From assembly GCA_039815185.1 (NCBI GenBank), contig JBCBZT010000007.1, positions 32,001-96,000 of the forward strand: 64,000 nucleotides of DNA. Direction: 5' to 3'. The DNA comes from Cyanobacteria bacterium P01_A01_bin.123. GTDB taxonomy: Bacteria; Cyanobacteriota; Cyanobacteriia; Phormidesmidales; Phormidesmidaceae. Position 1 is the stretch's first letter. The number at the start of each line of letters is the position of its first letter. The notes beneath the pieces were generated by a model. The model saw nothing but the letters and a program-made list of their open reading frames with translations. It made no database searches and had not been told where the DNA came from. The position numbers and the translations under genes were made by a program. Of the stretch, positions 10,788 to 21,500 are shown one piece after another.

Positions 10788-12104
10788 ATGGGTAGCTTGC
10801 AATCACTTCCAGGGACAGAAGATATTCTGCCAATTTCTCAATTTGTGGGCCAAGAGGTGAAGGTGGCAGAAATTGCTATTTGGCAACGGGTTGAGGCGAC
10901 AGCGCGGGAAATTTTGCGGCGAGCTGTTTATCGCGAGATTCGCACACCGATTTTTGAGCAGACGCCCTTGTTTGAGCGGGGTATTGGTGAGGCCACAGAT
11001 GTGGTGGGTAAGGAAATGTATACCTTTCGCGATCGCGGCGATCGCTCTTTGACCCTGCGCCCAGAAAATACCGCAGGCGTGGCTCGGGCCTATACTCAAC
11101 ACAACCTGCATGCCCAGGGTGGGGTACAACGGCTTTGGTATACCGGGCCGATGTTTCGCTATGAACGGCCCCAAAAAGGTCGCCAGCGACAGTTTCACCA
11201 GCTTGGGGTTGAGGTTTTGGGTAGCCGCGATCCGCGCGCTGATGTGGAAGTGATCGCGATCGCAACGGATATTCTCAACGCCGTAGGGTTGAAAAATCTG
11301 GTCTTTTATCTGAATTCGGTGGGTAATCCCAGCGATCGCCAACAGTATCGTGAGGCCCTGGTAGCTTACCTCACGCCTTATAAAGCCGACCTTGATAAAG
11401 ACTCCCAAGATCGCCTCACTCGAAACCCCCTACGCATCCTCGACAGCAAGGATGAAAAAACCCAAGCGATTGCTCAAGCCGCCCCCAGCATTCTCGACTA
11501 CCTATGTGACGACTCTAAGCAGCACTTTGAAGCCGTTCAGCAGCAGCTGACTGACCTAGGGATTGTTTATCAGCTCAATCCTCGATTGGTGCGCGGCCTC
11601 GATTACTACACCCACACGGCCTTTGAAATCCAATCGGAAGATCTCGGTGCCCAAGCTACGGTTTGTGGTGGTGGGCGCTATGACGGGTTGGTGAGTGAAC
11701 TGGGCGGCCCAGAGACTCCAGCAGTAGGCTGGGCGATGGGGTTGGAAAGATTGACGCTGCTATTACAACAGCTCAACCCGCCGAGCGTGGCAACGCTCGA
11801 TTTTTACGTGGTGTCGCGGGGCGTTCGAGCTGAAGCCCAATCGATCAAACTTGCTCAAATGCTTCGACAACTAGGCTTTTCTGTAGAAATTGATCTCAGC
11901 AGTTCTGCTTTTGGGAAACAGTTCAAACGGGCCGACCGGAGTGGTGCTGCTGCCTGCCTGATTTTAGGCGATGCCGAAGCTGAGAATGAAACTGTCCAGC
12001 TCAAGTGGCTCAAAACGGGGGATCAAGCGGCCTGGACGCAAGCTGATTTAGTCGCAAAACCGGAGGAACTCCGTCAGCAAATTGCTCAAAGTTTAGAAGC
12101 TTGA
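10788..12104 (+). CDS. hisS: Histidyl-tRNA synthetase
   Basis: KEMYTF, LRPENTA, FRYERPQKGRQRQFHQ, RGLDYY and GGGRYD motifs. Confidence 0.97.
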   Translation: MGSLQSLPGTEDILPISQFVGQEVKVAEIAIWQRVEATAREILRRAVYREIRTPIFEQTPLFERGIGEATDVVGKEMYTFRDRGDRSLTLRPENTAGVARAYTQHNLHAQGGVQRLWYTGPMFRYERPQKGRQRQFHQLGVEVLGSRDPRADVEVIAIATDILNAVGLKNLVFYLNSVGNPSDRQQYREALVAYLTPYKADLDKDSQDRLTRNPLRILDSKDEKTQAIAQAAPSILDYLCDDSKQHFEAVQQQLTDLGIVYQLNPRLVRGLDYYTHTAFEIQSEDLGAQATVCGGGRYDGLVSELGGPETPAVGWAMGLERLTLLLQQLNPPSVATLDFYVVSRGVRAEAQSIKLAQMLRQLGFSVEIDLSSSAFGKQFKRADRSGAAACLILGDAEAENETVQLKWLKTGDQAAWTQADLVAKPEELRQQIAQSLEA

Positions 12105-12120
12105 CAGACTTGACCAGTTG

Positions 12121-12483
12121 CTAGGGGAGTTCAATCTCGAACAGGTTAGGAAGCTTGCTGTGGCGTTGAGTAGGCCAGGGTAAAAACGTGATCAGCAAAA
12201 TGCCAATACTGATACAAACCCCCGACCAAATGGCCAAGATCGTGCTGACGATTTCGTCATGGCCTAAGATCCCGTCAGCGATAGGATAGAGCATCACTGG
12301 TGCAACGATGAAGCCAAATAACCGCCAAAATGCTGCGCCCCTGAAGCCAGCTTTTTGAATCACCATTGTCCACCATAGACCCCAGACGATGGGCAATATA
12401 GCCACATGAGAGAGCATCGACAGAACAATGTTTAGGGGTTCTCCCGTCCAGCTTGCGAGCCAACCAAAGAATACTGCGAACAT
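12121..12483 (-). CDS. Hypothetical membrane protein (about 3 TM segments)
   Basis: 120-aa hydrophobic ORF filling the gap between hisS and rnd. Confidence 0.5.
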   Translation of the reverse strand: MFAVFFGWLASWTGEPLNIVLSMLSHVAILPIVWGLWWTMVIQKAGFRGAAFWRLFGFIVAPVMLYPIADGILGHDEIVSTILAIWSGVCISIGILLITFLPWPTQRHSKLPNLFEIELP

Positions 12484-12666
12484 CTGATCTATATCCGTGC
12501 TTCAGGTCAATTTTATGGTGCCCAAAACTACCGATGATGTATTGCTCAATGCGGCTATTTCTAACTTATCTGTGGCTGAAAAGCCTTTGAGAGTTAGCTT
12601 TAGAAGCCCTAATCAACCTGGAGATTATACGTATATTTACTGATTCGAGTTGTGGATGTTACTGAG

Positions 12667-13296
12667 TTAATGTTCAAAAATATTGGTATATTGCAGCAAA
12701 TCTAAATCAACAAAAGTGTGGATCATGGCGAAACACTGCTGCGCAAGTTCCCAGCGGCCTTCTCGCTTGAGCATAGCCACGAGCTTTGTGTGAATCTCAT
12801 GGAGATAACGCACATCGTTGGCGGCATAGCTGAGTTGTTCCGCTGTTAGATTGACGGGGTTGCCCCAGTCTGAGCTTTGGGCTGATTTATCCAGTTCAAT
12901 TCCGGTGAGTTCTTTCACCAATTCTTTTAAGCCGTGGCGGGGGCTGTAGGTGCGGCTGAGTTTGCTCGCGATTTTGCTGCAAAATACTGGAGCGACGTGG
13001 ATGCCCAAATGATGTTTAAGCGTGGCTAGGTCAAATCGAGCAAAGTGGAACAGTTTTAAGCTGTTGGGGGATTCCATTAAGGTTTTGAGATTGGGTGCTT
13101 CGGTTTGACCGAGTTCGATGCGAATGGCGCTGACATAGCCGGTTGGGTCACAAAGCTGGACTAAACAGAGGCGATCGCGTTGGGGCAGCAATCCCATGGT
13201 TTCCGTATCTCCTGCGATCACGCTGGCTTTTAGATAGCGATCTAGCAGATCAGCCGGCAAATCGCGATCGCAAACCTGAAAATTTTCTGCGCCCAT
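12667..13296 (-). CDS. rnd: Ribonuclease D-like DEDDy 3'-5' exonuclease
   Basis: GDTETMGL, LCLVQL, FHFARFD, SSDW and YAANDV motifs. Confidence 0.9.
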   Translation of the reverse strand: MGAENFQVCDRDLPADLLDRYLKASVIAGDTETMGLLPQRDRLCLVQLCDPTGYVSAIRIELGQTEAPNLKTLMESPNSLKLFHFARFDLATLKHHLGIHVAPVFCSKIASKLSRTYSPRHGLKELVKELTGIELDKSAQSSDWGNPVNLTAEQLSYAANDVRYLHEIHTKLVAMLKREGRWELAQQCFAMIHTFVDLDLLQYTNIFEH

Positions 13297-13427
13297 AGTC
13301 TTGTCCTGTGGTGAATATTGGAGAGATGACCCCTGAGATTGTTCCGATTGTGCCCATCAAGTACTAGGGGCGGGCATTTGCCCACCCGCTATCCTACCGT
13401 CATTGACTCAATCTGTGAGGCAAGACT

Positions 13428-14690
13428 CTACTGCAAATTGCCCAAAGCCTTAGCAACGGTTTGAACGTCTTTGTCTCCTCGGCCAGAGCAGTTGATCACC
13501 AGATAAGGACTGCCCTCCAGCGTGGGGCAAAGTTTGTCTAAGTAGGCAAACGCGTGGGCTGTTTCAAGGGCAGGAATAATGCCTTCCAGTCGTGACACCT
13601 GCTGTAAGGCTTCTAGGGCTTCTTGATCAGTGACGCTGTAATATTCGGCCCGGCCAATTTCTTTTAAATAACTATGCTCTGGACCAACCCCTGGATAATC
13701 AAGACCAGCGCTAATGGAATGAGCTTCTGTGACTTGGCCGTCTTCGTCTTGTAGTAGATAGCTCATCGCCCCATGCAGAACACCGACGCGTCCTGCCGTT
13801 AGGGTGGCTGCATGCTTTTCTGTTGCGACCCCTTCTCCAGCGGCTTCGACGCCGATTAACCGCACAGATTCATCGGGGACGAATTCATGGAATAGGCCCA
13901 TGGCATTGGAACCGCCGCCGACGCAGGCCAACAAAATATCGGGTAGGCCGCCCCATTTTTCTTGGCACTGGATTCGGGTTTCTTGACCAATCACGGTGTG
14001 GAAATCGCGTACGATTTTGGGATAGGGGTGGGGGCCAGCAACAGAACCCAAGATGTAGTGGGTGTTTTCCACATTGGTGACCCAGTCGCGGATAGCTTCA
14101 GAGGTGGCGTCTTTTAAGGTACCTGTCCCGGCTTCCACTGGGCTGACGGTGGCTCCCATCAGGCGCATGCGAAACACGTTGAGCGATTGTCGCTCCATAT
14201 CTTGCACACCCATGTAAATTACGCACTCAATGCCAAACCGGGCACACACCGTTGCGGTCGCCACCCCATGCTGTCCGGCACCCGTTTCAGCGATCACCCG
14301 CTGTTTGCCCATGCGCTTTGCCAGCAAGACCTGACCCAGGGCATTATTGATTTTGTGAGCACCCGTATGGTTGAGATCTTCGCGCTTGAGGTAAATTTGA
14401 GGGCCGCTACCGTCCGGGCGAGCGTAGTGTTGTGTGAGCCGTTCGGCAAAGTAAAACGAACTGGGGCGACCCACGTAGTCTTTGAGCAACCCTTGAAGTT
14501 CTGCCTGAAATTCAGGATCGGTAAAATATTGGTCAAAGGCGGCTTCCAATTCAGCCAGGGCAGGCATTAGCGTTTCGGGGACATATTTGCCGCCAAATTG
14601 GCCAAAGCGGCCTAGCAGGTCGGGACGCACGGCGATATCCGTCAGTTTCTGGGTGCTGGGTGTTTGAGGAGGATGGGAAATGGGGGCCAC
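13428..14690 (-). CDS. trpB: Tryptophan synthase beta chain
   Basis: [11 protein letters not shown] (PLP lysine), [15 protein letters not shown] and SGRGDKD. Confidence 0.97.
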   Translation of the reverse strand: MAPISHPPQTPSTQKLTDIAVRPDLLGRFGQFGGKYVPETLMPALAELEAAFDQYFTDPEFQAELQGLLKDYVGRPSSFYFAERLTQHYARPDGSGPQIYLKREDLNHTGAHKINNALGQVLLAKRMGKQRVIAETGAGQHGVATATVCARFGIECVIYMGVQDMERQSLNVFRMRLMGATVSPVEAGTGTLKDATSEAIRDWVTNVENTHYILGSVAGPHPYPKIVRDFHTVIGQETRIQCQEKWGGLPDILLACVGGGSNAMGLFHEFVPDESVRLIGVEAAGEGVATEKHAATLTAGRVGVLHGAMSYLLQDEDGQVTEAHSISAGLDYPGVGPEHSYLKEIGRAEYYSVTDQEALEALQQVSRLEGIIPALETAHAFAYLDKLCPTLEGSPYLVINCSGRGDKDVQTVAKALGNLQ

Positions 14691-14771
14691 AAGCTTTTAC
14701 CAGGAATGCGATGAGTAGCCCTCATTATAGAAAGGGGACAAGGTATTTGGAAATGCTAGCTTGCTAGGGAG

Positions 14772-14818
14772 TTTGCCAGATGCCTACTGAACCTTAGGTT
14801 CAGTAGGCATCTGGCAAA
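14772..14818. repeat. Perfect 23-bp inverted repeat with a 1-nt spacer
   Basis: TTTGCCAGATGCCTACTGAACCT-T-AGGTTCAGTAGGCATCTGGCAAA. Confidence 0.95.
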
Positions 14819-14950
14819 AATGTTCCTGTTAAGTCATAGATTTACTCAGGTCGAGACTCACTTACGAAAGTTCATTAAGTCAAGATAAATCCTATCCGCA
14901 ACTTGAAACTTGTGGTGAGACTCCCCGTCCCGATCTTTCAATAGCGCTAG

Positions 14951-17014
14951 ATGTTTTTAACAAAATTGAGAAACTTTATGACGCATTCAACATTGTTGGC
15001 AGGTAAGCTGTTGGCTGGAAAACTGGCGATCGCGATCGCGGGCCTCACTGCACTCACGGCCCTACCCATGCCTGTCCTTGCCTTTGACTATGAAACTCAA
15101 GCTGGAGAAACCGCAGGTAACCCAGAAGGTCAGCCCCTCTACACCGTTGGCATTGATGCTAGCGATATTGGCGACAGCTTTACCGTTGACTGGCTGCTGC
15201 CTGCCCAAGGCGATATTCCTGACCTGTCTGCGACGGCAGCAATCACGGTGGCAGAATTTACGGATAGTCGGATTATTCTCGATGTTCAAATTACTAACCA
15301 GACCACGGCATCGTTTCAGGCTGCCTTGATGAGTCTGGGCTTTGGGCTAGCGGGGGTGAGTAGTATCGATATCGTTGCGATCGACGGCAGCACCCGCACG
15401 TTTGACAGTGTGATTATCAATGGTAATCAGAACTTCCCGGGTGGATTTAAGGACATTAATGTCTGTCTATTCTCTTCCAATAACTGTAGCGGTGGTGCTG
15501 TTGATAACGGTCTACAGGCAGGCGAAGTGGACTCAGTTCGATTAGTGCTGACGGGTAGCTTTAGCTTGGAAACAGGAATTGTGCTTCAGTCTTTCCCTAT
15601 GAAGTTCCAAACCGAAGCGGGTAGTTTTGAACTGGCAGGTAGCTTTGAGGCGTCTGCAGAAACTGAAGAAACCGAAGAAAATGAGCTGTCTGCTGAAGTC
15701 ACAGAATCGATTTATCAAGCCATCGTTTCAGAAACCACGGTGTCTCAATCGGAACTACGCGTGGTGGAATATAATCGCGCCACTTGGCCCAATGGCTGTT
15801 TGGGTCTGGGAGAGCCAGATGTAGCCTGTACAGAAGCCTTGGTGTCTGGCTACCGGGTGGTCGTCGCCAGCGAAGACTATGCCTGGGTATATCGCACCAA
15901 TGCCACTGGTTCTGTATTGGTGCTAGACCAAGCCGCAACGCAGGCATATGCCTCATCTTCAACCTATTCTTACTATCGGTATTCAGAAACAACAGTCTCT
16001 CAAAGTAGTCAAGTCTCTCAAACTACCCAGGTAAGCACGACCCAGTCTGTCTTTTCTGAGTCGGTGCAAAGTGCAGTATTCCAAAAAATTGTTGAGCGGA
16101 CTCAAGTCAGCGCCTCTAGTTTGCGTATCGTCGAGGTGCGGCGTAAGACCTGGGCTGATAGCTGTCTCGGCTTGGAGGGCGATGGGGCTTGTGCGCAAGC
16201 GCTCACAGCAGGTTATTTGGTGACTGCGACGGACGGTGAACAGATTTGGGTATATCGCACTGATACAGAAGGTACAGTCGTCGCCTACGATGCCACCTGC
16301 ACCCGCACTCGCACTGCACAAATCGTTGCTCGACAGCGTACGACGCGGGTGAACTATACCGATTTATCTAGCAACTACTGGGCTTACCAATACATTCAGG
16401 AGCTAACGGCACTCAATATTATTGAAGGTTACCCTGACGGCAGCTTTCAGCCAGACCGCAACATTACCCGGGCCGAACTGGCGTCGATTATCGCTAGGGC
16501 GTTTGAGTTTGCAGAGTATCGCACCGAAATCGATTTTACCGATGTCACCAGCGACTTTTGGGCCGACCAAGCAATTACAACAGCCTATCGGATGGGCTTT
16601 ATGGATACGGTTGGCGATCGCCTGTTTTCGCCCCTATCCAACCTCCTCCGGACAGATGTGATGACCATTTTGGCCCAAGGCTTAAACTTGACCACTACCA
16701 GTTCTTCGGAAGCAGTGCTGGCCCGCTATAAAGATGTCAACGTCAGCTCCCGCGAGGTATTGCAAATCCTGACGGCCCTGACGGAAGAGGGGATTATGGT
16801 TAACTATCCTGATGTTGAAGAGCTGGATCTCGACAGCGTGGCAACTCGGGCTGAAATTGCCGTGTTTATCTATCAATCCCTTGTCAGTATGGGATGCCTA
16901 GAGGTAATCGAGTCTGAGTACGTGATGGAAAGTTCTACCCTCGTAGTCAGCGAAACGACCACGACCACGACTACTACGGAAACTTCCGACGATGGTGATG
17001 ATGACGATGGATAA
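14951..17014 (+). CDS. Exported S-layer-homology protein: beta-rich N-domain, two Cys-containing repeats, C-terminal SLH domains
   Basis: Signal peptide; repeats TWPNGCLGL..C.EALV.GY and TWADSCLGL..C.QAL..GY; SLH motifs GYPDGSFQPDRNITRAE and ATRAEIA. Confidence 0.85.
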   Translation: MFLTKLRNFMTHSTLLAGKLLAGKLAIAIAGLTALTALPMPVLAFDYETQAGETAGNPEGQPLYTVGIDASDIGDSFTVDWLLPAQGDIPDLSATAAITVAEFTDSRIILDVQITNQTTASFQAALMSLGFGLAGVSSIDIVAIDGSTRTFDSVIINGNQNFPGGFKDINVCLFSSNNCSGGAVDNGLQAGEVDSVRLVLTGSFSLETGIVLQSFPMKFQTEAGSFELAGSFEASAETEETEENELSAEVTESIYQAIVSETTVSQSELRVVEYNRATWPNGCLGLGEPDVACTEALVSGYRVVVASEDYAWVYRTNATGSVLVLDQAATQAYASSSTYSYYRYSETTVSQSSQVSQTTQVSTTQSVFSESVQSAVFQKIVERTQVSASSLRIVEVRRKTWADSCLGLEGDGACAQALTAGYLVTATDGEQIWVYRTDTEGTVVAYDATCTRTRTAQIVARQRTTRVNYTDLSSNYWAYQYIQELTALNIIEGYPDGSFQPDRNITRAELASIIARAFEFAEYRTEIDFTDVTSDFWADQAITTAYRMGFMDTVGDRLFSPLSNLLRTDVMTILAQGLNLTTTSSSEAVLARYKDVNVSSREVLQILTALTEEGIMVNYPDVEELDLDSVATRAEIAVFIYQSLVSMGCLEVIESEYVMESSTLVVSETTTTTTTTETSDDGDDDDG

Positions 17015-17218
17015 TGGTTGCCGTCAAAACTGCAACCAGGGTATCGGTAACAGTGCTGAGGGCTGTGATCCAGGAAACTCTAGCCCCATGGTGGTAGCAG
17101 TGATGAAGGCGGACGCGCACCGGGAAATCCTAATCGATAAAGCGTTTGAGCGATATTGATTGAAGCGCAACGGTTGTTGTTGAAAATAAAGTGTAAAGGT
17201 GCATAGAAAGTTATCTCT

Positions 17219-17410
17219 GTGCACCTCTTTATTAAATGGAATGTTTACGTTATTCAGGGACAGCCTCCCCAGCCTGCGTTTGAAGTCTTCCAGCAGGTCT
17301 GGGGGAATCGCCCCAATCCGCCCATACTGACGCTGTTGTTTGTTGCAGGCTTAGCCCATCCTGATTTTTTGATGGAGATGGATGCGGTTGCAGTTATCCC
17401 AAACCCATAA
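17219..17410 (+). pseudogene. C-terminal fragment of a RidA/YjgF-family gene
   Basis: KWNVYV...VAGLAHPDFLMEMDAVAV resembles the RidA C-terminal half; no N-terminal half is visible upstream. Confidence 0.65.
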
Positions 17411-17413
17411 GTC

Positions 17414-18289
17414 CTAAGCAGCAGCTTCCATCCAGGCAATGCATCGTTGCATTTGGATTTTCATCTCGTCTACAGAGGCGTGGAAGCGACGACCGTGACC
17501 CGGCAGTACCCAGTCAAAGGTATAGTTTGCCAATGTTTTCATCGACTCAATCTGCTGGGGCCAAGAGTACCAACAGGCACGGCGAAAGGCATAGAGGTGA
17601 TTCAAAGTGGTTGACATTGCTAAATGATCGCCAGTGAACAAAATGCGATCGCGGTAGAGCAGCACGGTATGGCCCCGCGTATGTCCCGGCATCGGAATAA
17701 TCAGTAAATCGTCTTCAAGGGCAAAAGGTTCAGCCCCTGTGATCTGAATTTCAACCCCGCGAGTATCGGTGCTGATATCGGCCTGATGCAAAATGCGATC
17801 GCAGCCGAAATGCTTGTGAAATTTAGCATGGTCAGCGACATCATCGCGGTGTGTCAGATAGAGGTAGCGAATCCCGCCCAGGGCTTCGATTTGTTTGATT
17901 AAAGGGGGTGCAAATCGGGGTGAATCTACTAACACATTGCCGCCTGGCCGCTGAATCAGATAGCTGGCAGCACCAAAGGATTTTTCTGAATGATAGCCGC
18001 AGTGGTAGACGTTATCAGTAATAGGGATGGGTAGGCTTTGCTGCGATCGCACCATGTCTGTCGGCTTATCCACTGTACCGATGGAGGCAGTCGGACAAGA
18101 CAGGAGAGCTTGCATTGCGAGTAAGCGTTCTTTCTCGTCCTGCGGCTGATGATAAACAGCGGACTGCCCCTCTTCACGTTTAAAGACAGTAGGAGCCATC
18201 CAACGACAGGTATCACAGTCAATGCAGCTACTATCGACATACAGATCGCCTTCAATATTTTCGGGACGACGGTGTTTGAGATGAGCCAT
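17414..18289 (-). CDS. Ferredoxin-like domain fused to an MBL-fold metallo-hydrolase
   Basis: CIDCDTC...CP; THRDDVADH, PGHTRGH, FTGDH and PGHG. Confidence 0.9.
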   Translation of the reverse strand: MAHLKHRRPENIEGDLYVDSSCIDCDTCRWMAPTVFKREEGQSAVYHQPQDEKERLLAMQALLSCPTASIGTVDKPTDMVRSQQSLPIPITDNVYHCGYHSEKSFGAASYLIQRPGGNVLVDSPRFAPPLIKQIEALGGIRYLYLTHRDDVADHAKFHKHFGCDRILHQADISTDTRGVEIQITGAEPFALEDDLLIIPMPGHTRGHTVLLYRDRILFTGDHLAMSTTLNHLYAFRRACWYSWPQQIESMKTLANYTFDWVLPGHGRRFHASVDEMKIQMQRCIAWMEAAA

Positions 18290-18793
18290 GATCAGATTTG
18301 AAGCGGTAACTCTAGGCTAGCGAATTGCTTGAAAGATTAGCTGACCTCATATCGGAGGATTGCTCAATGACCTAGCTCATTGTCTAATCGATAGCGTAAT
18401 GTATCAACATCTCTAAAAGGTTCAAATCGGATAATAGCCAAGGCGTTTATCCTCCTGTCGTTCTACAAGTTGCGGATTCACAAATCGATTAGATGCATTC
18501 CCAGTAACCTGGAAACGATGAATCTCACAACGCTAAAACTGGAGTTAGTGAACGCTTAGCAATGACTAAGCGCTCAAGCTTGAGTTATTCCCAACTTAAA
18601 GCATCTGACACGCTGCAACATCTATCAAAAGGCAGAAACCGCCTTAGACTTTGCTGAATGCAAGCATCAAGACTCGCTTTGATGAGCAGTGAGGGCAACC
18701 CATGGATGATCAATACGGTCAGGTTGGAAGCGTGTGACCAGCCTATCAGAAGGAGGAGAATCCATAGGTTTGGGTGACTCACATCTGATAGTT

Positions 18794-20296
18794 TTACGAA
18801 GCAGGCTCCTGTTCCAAAATGACTTTTGCTTTTGCCTCTCGGAACATGTGATTTGCCCACTGTTGCACATCATAACGACAGATCGCCTGGTACAGCTTTT
18901 GCATCCGCTGCTGTTGTTCGTCTAAGGGCATCTCCAAAGCCTGCTCAAGCGCTTCATCCATACGGTGAGAGGAGTATGGATTGGTCAGGACTGCATCCGG
19001 CAACTCGACAGCTGATCCTGCAAACTCAGATAGGATAAGCACCCCATCTTTCCCACCATGGGCAACCACGTATTCTTTCGCAACTAGGTTAAGGCCATCC
19101 CGCAACGGTGGAATCCAGGCAATATCTGCCGCACGAAAGACAGCAATTAACTCCTCATAAGGTAAAGGCTGCATCAGCATTAGAATTGGAGACCAATTAA
19201 GCTGGGCAAACCGACTATTGATCTTGCCCACCGATTGTTCGATTTCACTCTGAGCTTCCTCATAAATGCGCATTCCTGGGGCAGGCTTTGCCGCCGCGAC
19301 GATTAGCTTCAACTGTCCATGTAAGTCAGACCGTCGCTCTAGTAACCGTTCATAACAAGCCAGCATTTCTTTAGTGCCTTTGACATAATCCACCCGACCA
19401 GCAGACACAATGAGCTTGCTCACGCCCAACTCTGCTCGGATTTCTTGCACCCTCGTTTGGGTTTCCGGCTTTTCTACCAGGCTACGAATGTAAGCTGGGC
19501 TAGTTCCCACCGGGAACGCATCTAGATTCACGACACGATCCTGGTAGCGGATTTGGGTCGTCATTTCGGGTTCTGCTAGAGCCGTGCCTGTCGCAGTGAA
19601 TGCACTATCAACGGCGACCCGCCGAGTCACTTCAACGCCACGCAATCCCTTCGCCACTGATACGAAGTTCTCCACATAGCGAGGAATATGGAACCCACAG
19701 AGATCGCAGCATAAAAGACTATCCACAATGGCCTCGCGCCAGGGCAAGATATTGAAAACATCAGTCCCAGGAAACGGCGTATGGTGAAAGAATGCGATGT
19801 TCACATGGGGCATTTGCTGACGGATATAGTAAGGGGTCAGCCATAAGTTGTAGTCATGAATCCAGATCAGGGCATCTTCTGCTGCATCTTCACAGGCAGC
19901 GGTTGCAAAACGTTGATTAATGTCCTGAAAATTATCCCAATCGGAAGAGTCGTAAGTAAATTGCCAGGGAAATGAATGAAGAATTGGCCAGAAGGCTTCT
20001 TTAGAGGTGATGTAATAAAAGTTTTTGACTTGCTCAGGCGTTAAAGGAATCCGACGAACTACGCTAGTGTCGTCACTGCCTTCAATCGTCATACGTTCCT
20101 GAAACTGAGCTTCCTCATGGCTACTATCTAGCTGCTTCCAAGCAATCCAGGTGCTTTGCTCAGATTCTACAAAAAAGCTTTTTAACGTGGGTATAATGCC
20201 GTTTGGACTTTTCTTATCCCGATAGTAAATCTTTCCATTCTCTTTGACTTCATCATAGGGTTCTCGATGGTAGAGAATGACCAGGGAAGACTTCAT
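18794..20296 (-). CDS. ggpS: Glucosylglycerol-phosphate synthase (GT20)
   Basis: MKSSLVILYHREPYDE, KSPNGIIPTL, WIHDYNLW and RDGLNLVAKE. Confidence 0.95.
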   Translation of the reverse strand: MKSSLVILYHREPYDEVKENGKIYYRDKKSPNGIIPTLKSFFVESEQSTWIAWKQLDSSHEEAQFQERMTIEGSDDTSVVRRIPLTPEQVKNFYYITSKEAFWPILHSFPWQFTYDSSDWDNFQDINQRFATAACEDAAEDALIWIHDYNLWLTPYYIRQQMPHVNIAFFHHTPFPGTDVFNILPWREAIVDSLLCCDLCGFHIPRYVENFVSVAKGLRGVEVTRRVAVDSAFTATGTALAEPEMTTQIRYQDRVVNLDAFPVGTSPAYIRSLVEKPETQTRVQEIRAELGVSKLIVSAGRVDYVKGTKEMLACYERLLERRSDLHGQLKLIVAAAKPAPGMRIYEEAQSEIEQSVGKINSRFAQLNWSPILMLMQPLPYEELIAVFRAADIAWIPPLRDGLNLVAKEYVVAHGGKDGVLILSEFAGSAVELPDAVLTNPYSSHRMDEALEQALEMPLDEQQQRMQKLYQAICRYDVQQWANHMFREAKAKVILEQEPAS

Positions 20297-20377
20297 ACGG
20301 GTACCTCTAGGGAGTGACTCAGCAAATCTCAACTATGCACTTTCACAACTACTTGGAGAATACACTACGAGTGATGG

Positions 20378-20818
20378 TTGCATAAAAGGATTATCATGCC
20401 CGATGGTCAGACGCGGATCTTGGCGGAGTACGACAACATGCCAGTGGACAAGGCCCATCTCTATCTCGATGCTGAGGGGTTGTGCAAGACGGGGCCGGAT
20501 GCGATTGAGGTTCGATTATCTATACCACTCAAGTACCCGAGCAGGCGGTCGCCCAGGCGACGGCAGTACCCTCTGAATCTGGAGCAGTCACGGGGACTGA
20601 GACTGGGGTAGGTGCTGGGACAGCATGGCGGAATCGGCATGATGCTGGTCGGGGCAGTGGCGCTGGCGGTGATCGGGGGTGGCTTCGTTTGGTTGACCCA
20701 GCGCAAATCGGTTCGCAAGGAGCCGTCGCAGTCGGCAAAGGCGAATGATTCCTCGGCAACGGATGCATCTCCAGCGGCTGCATCGAATAACCGGGTTAAT
20801 GACCTGAAGCAGTGGTAG
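20378..20818 (+). pseudogene. Decayed hypothetical membrane-protein gene with an in-frame TAG at 20609-20611
   Basis: ORFs 20378..20611 and 20612..20818 are contiguous in one frame; the second holds a TM segment. Confidence 0.45.
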
Positions 20819-21500
20819 GAGAGTCAGTCATGAAGTTTCAACCCTGGATGCTAGCGGGATTGCTGTTAGTGCTCTTTGGTTTGGGGGCGGTTTCAACCCT
20901 GACTAATCCTGAGATTCAAGAGGGTCGGGCGCTACAGCTACGGCGCAGAACCGAGCACAAGTTCGCGTGGAAGCACGGCAGGGCGAGGCTAACAGTCAGT
21001 TGACCATGACTCGCTATCAGTCGGGCAACTGCTTGTTGAGTGAGGTGCCTATTCAACCCAGCATTGTCTATGATGCGGTGCAGTGTGCTTGCTATTGGTC
21101 GGTCTTAGCAGACGGGATTGCACCCATGGATTTGATTGTCTCTTGGGATTTCTCGTTGATTAATTGAGGCAATTTGGTGCAAACCATGTTGATGCTCTTT
21201 GGCGTGGCGGGGTTTGTGGTTTTGAAGCGCTATGTGGTGCGCAAGGCTTAAGGAGGGCAGTGGGATGGCACAGCAGTCTCAGGTTTCAGATGAGCTGAAG
21301 GCAGCCTTTGAGTTGGCCCTGAAGAATCGCGGCATTAGTCGGGCGATGAGCAAGTGGAATCTCCCGGCCCAGGTGGTGGGAGCGTCTTTAGTGGTGTCTT
21401 GGCCGTTGGGGGCGGCGTTGGGCCAACTATTCAGCCCTTATATCGGTAGACTAGAGGTACTATACCTTTTGTCACCGCCTAGCTGAGACCGTTAGTCACT

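Noticed and set aside
20330..20420. att duplicate of the tRNA-Ala 3' end at the island's left edge
   Set aside because: No match beyond about 5 nt (TGGAG) was found by eye.
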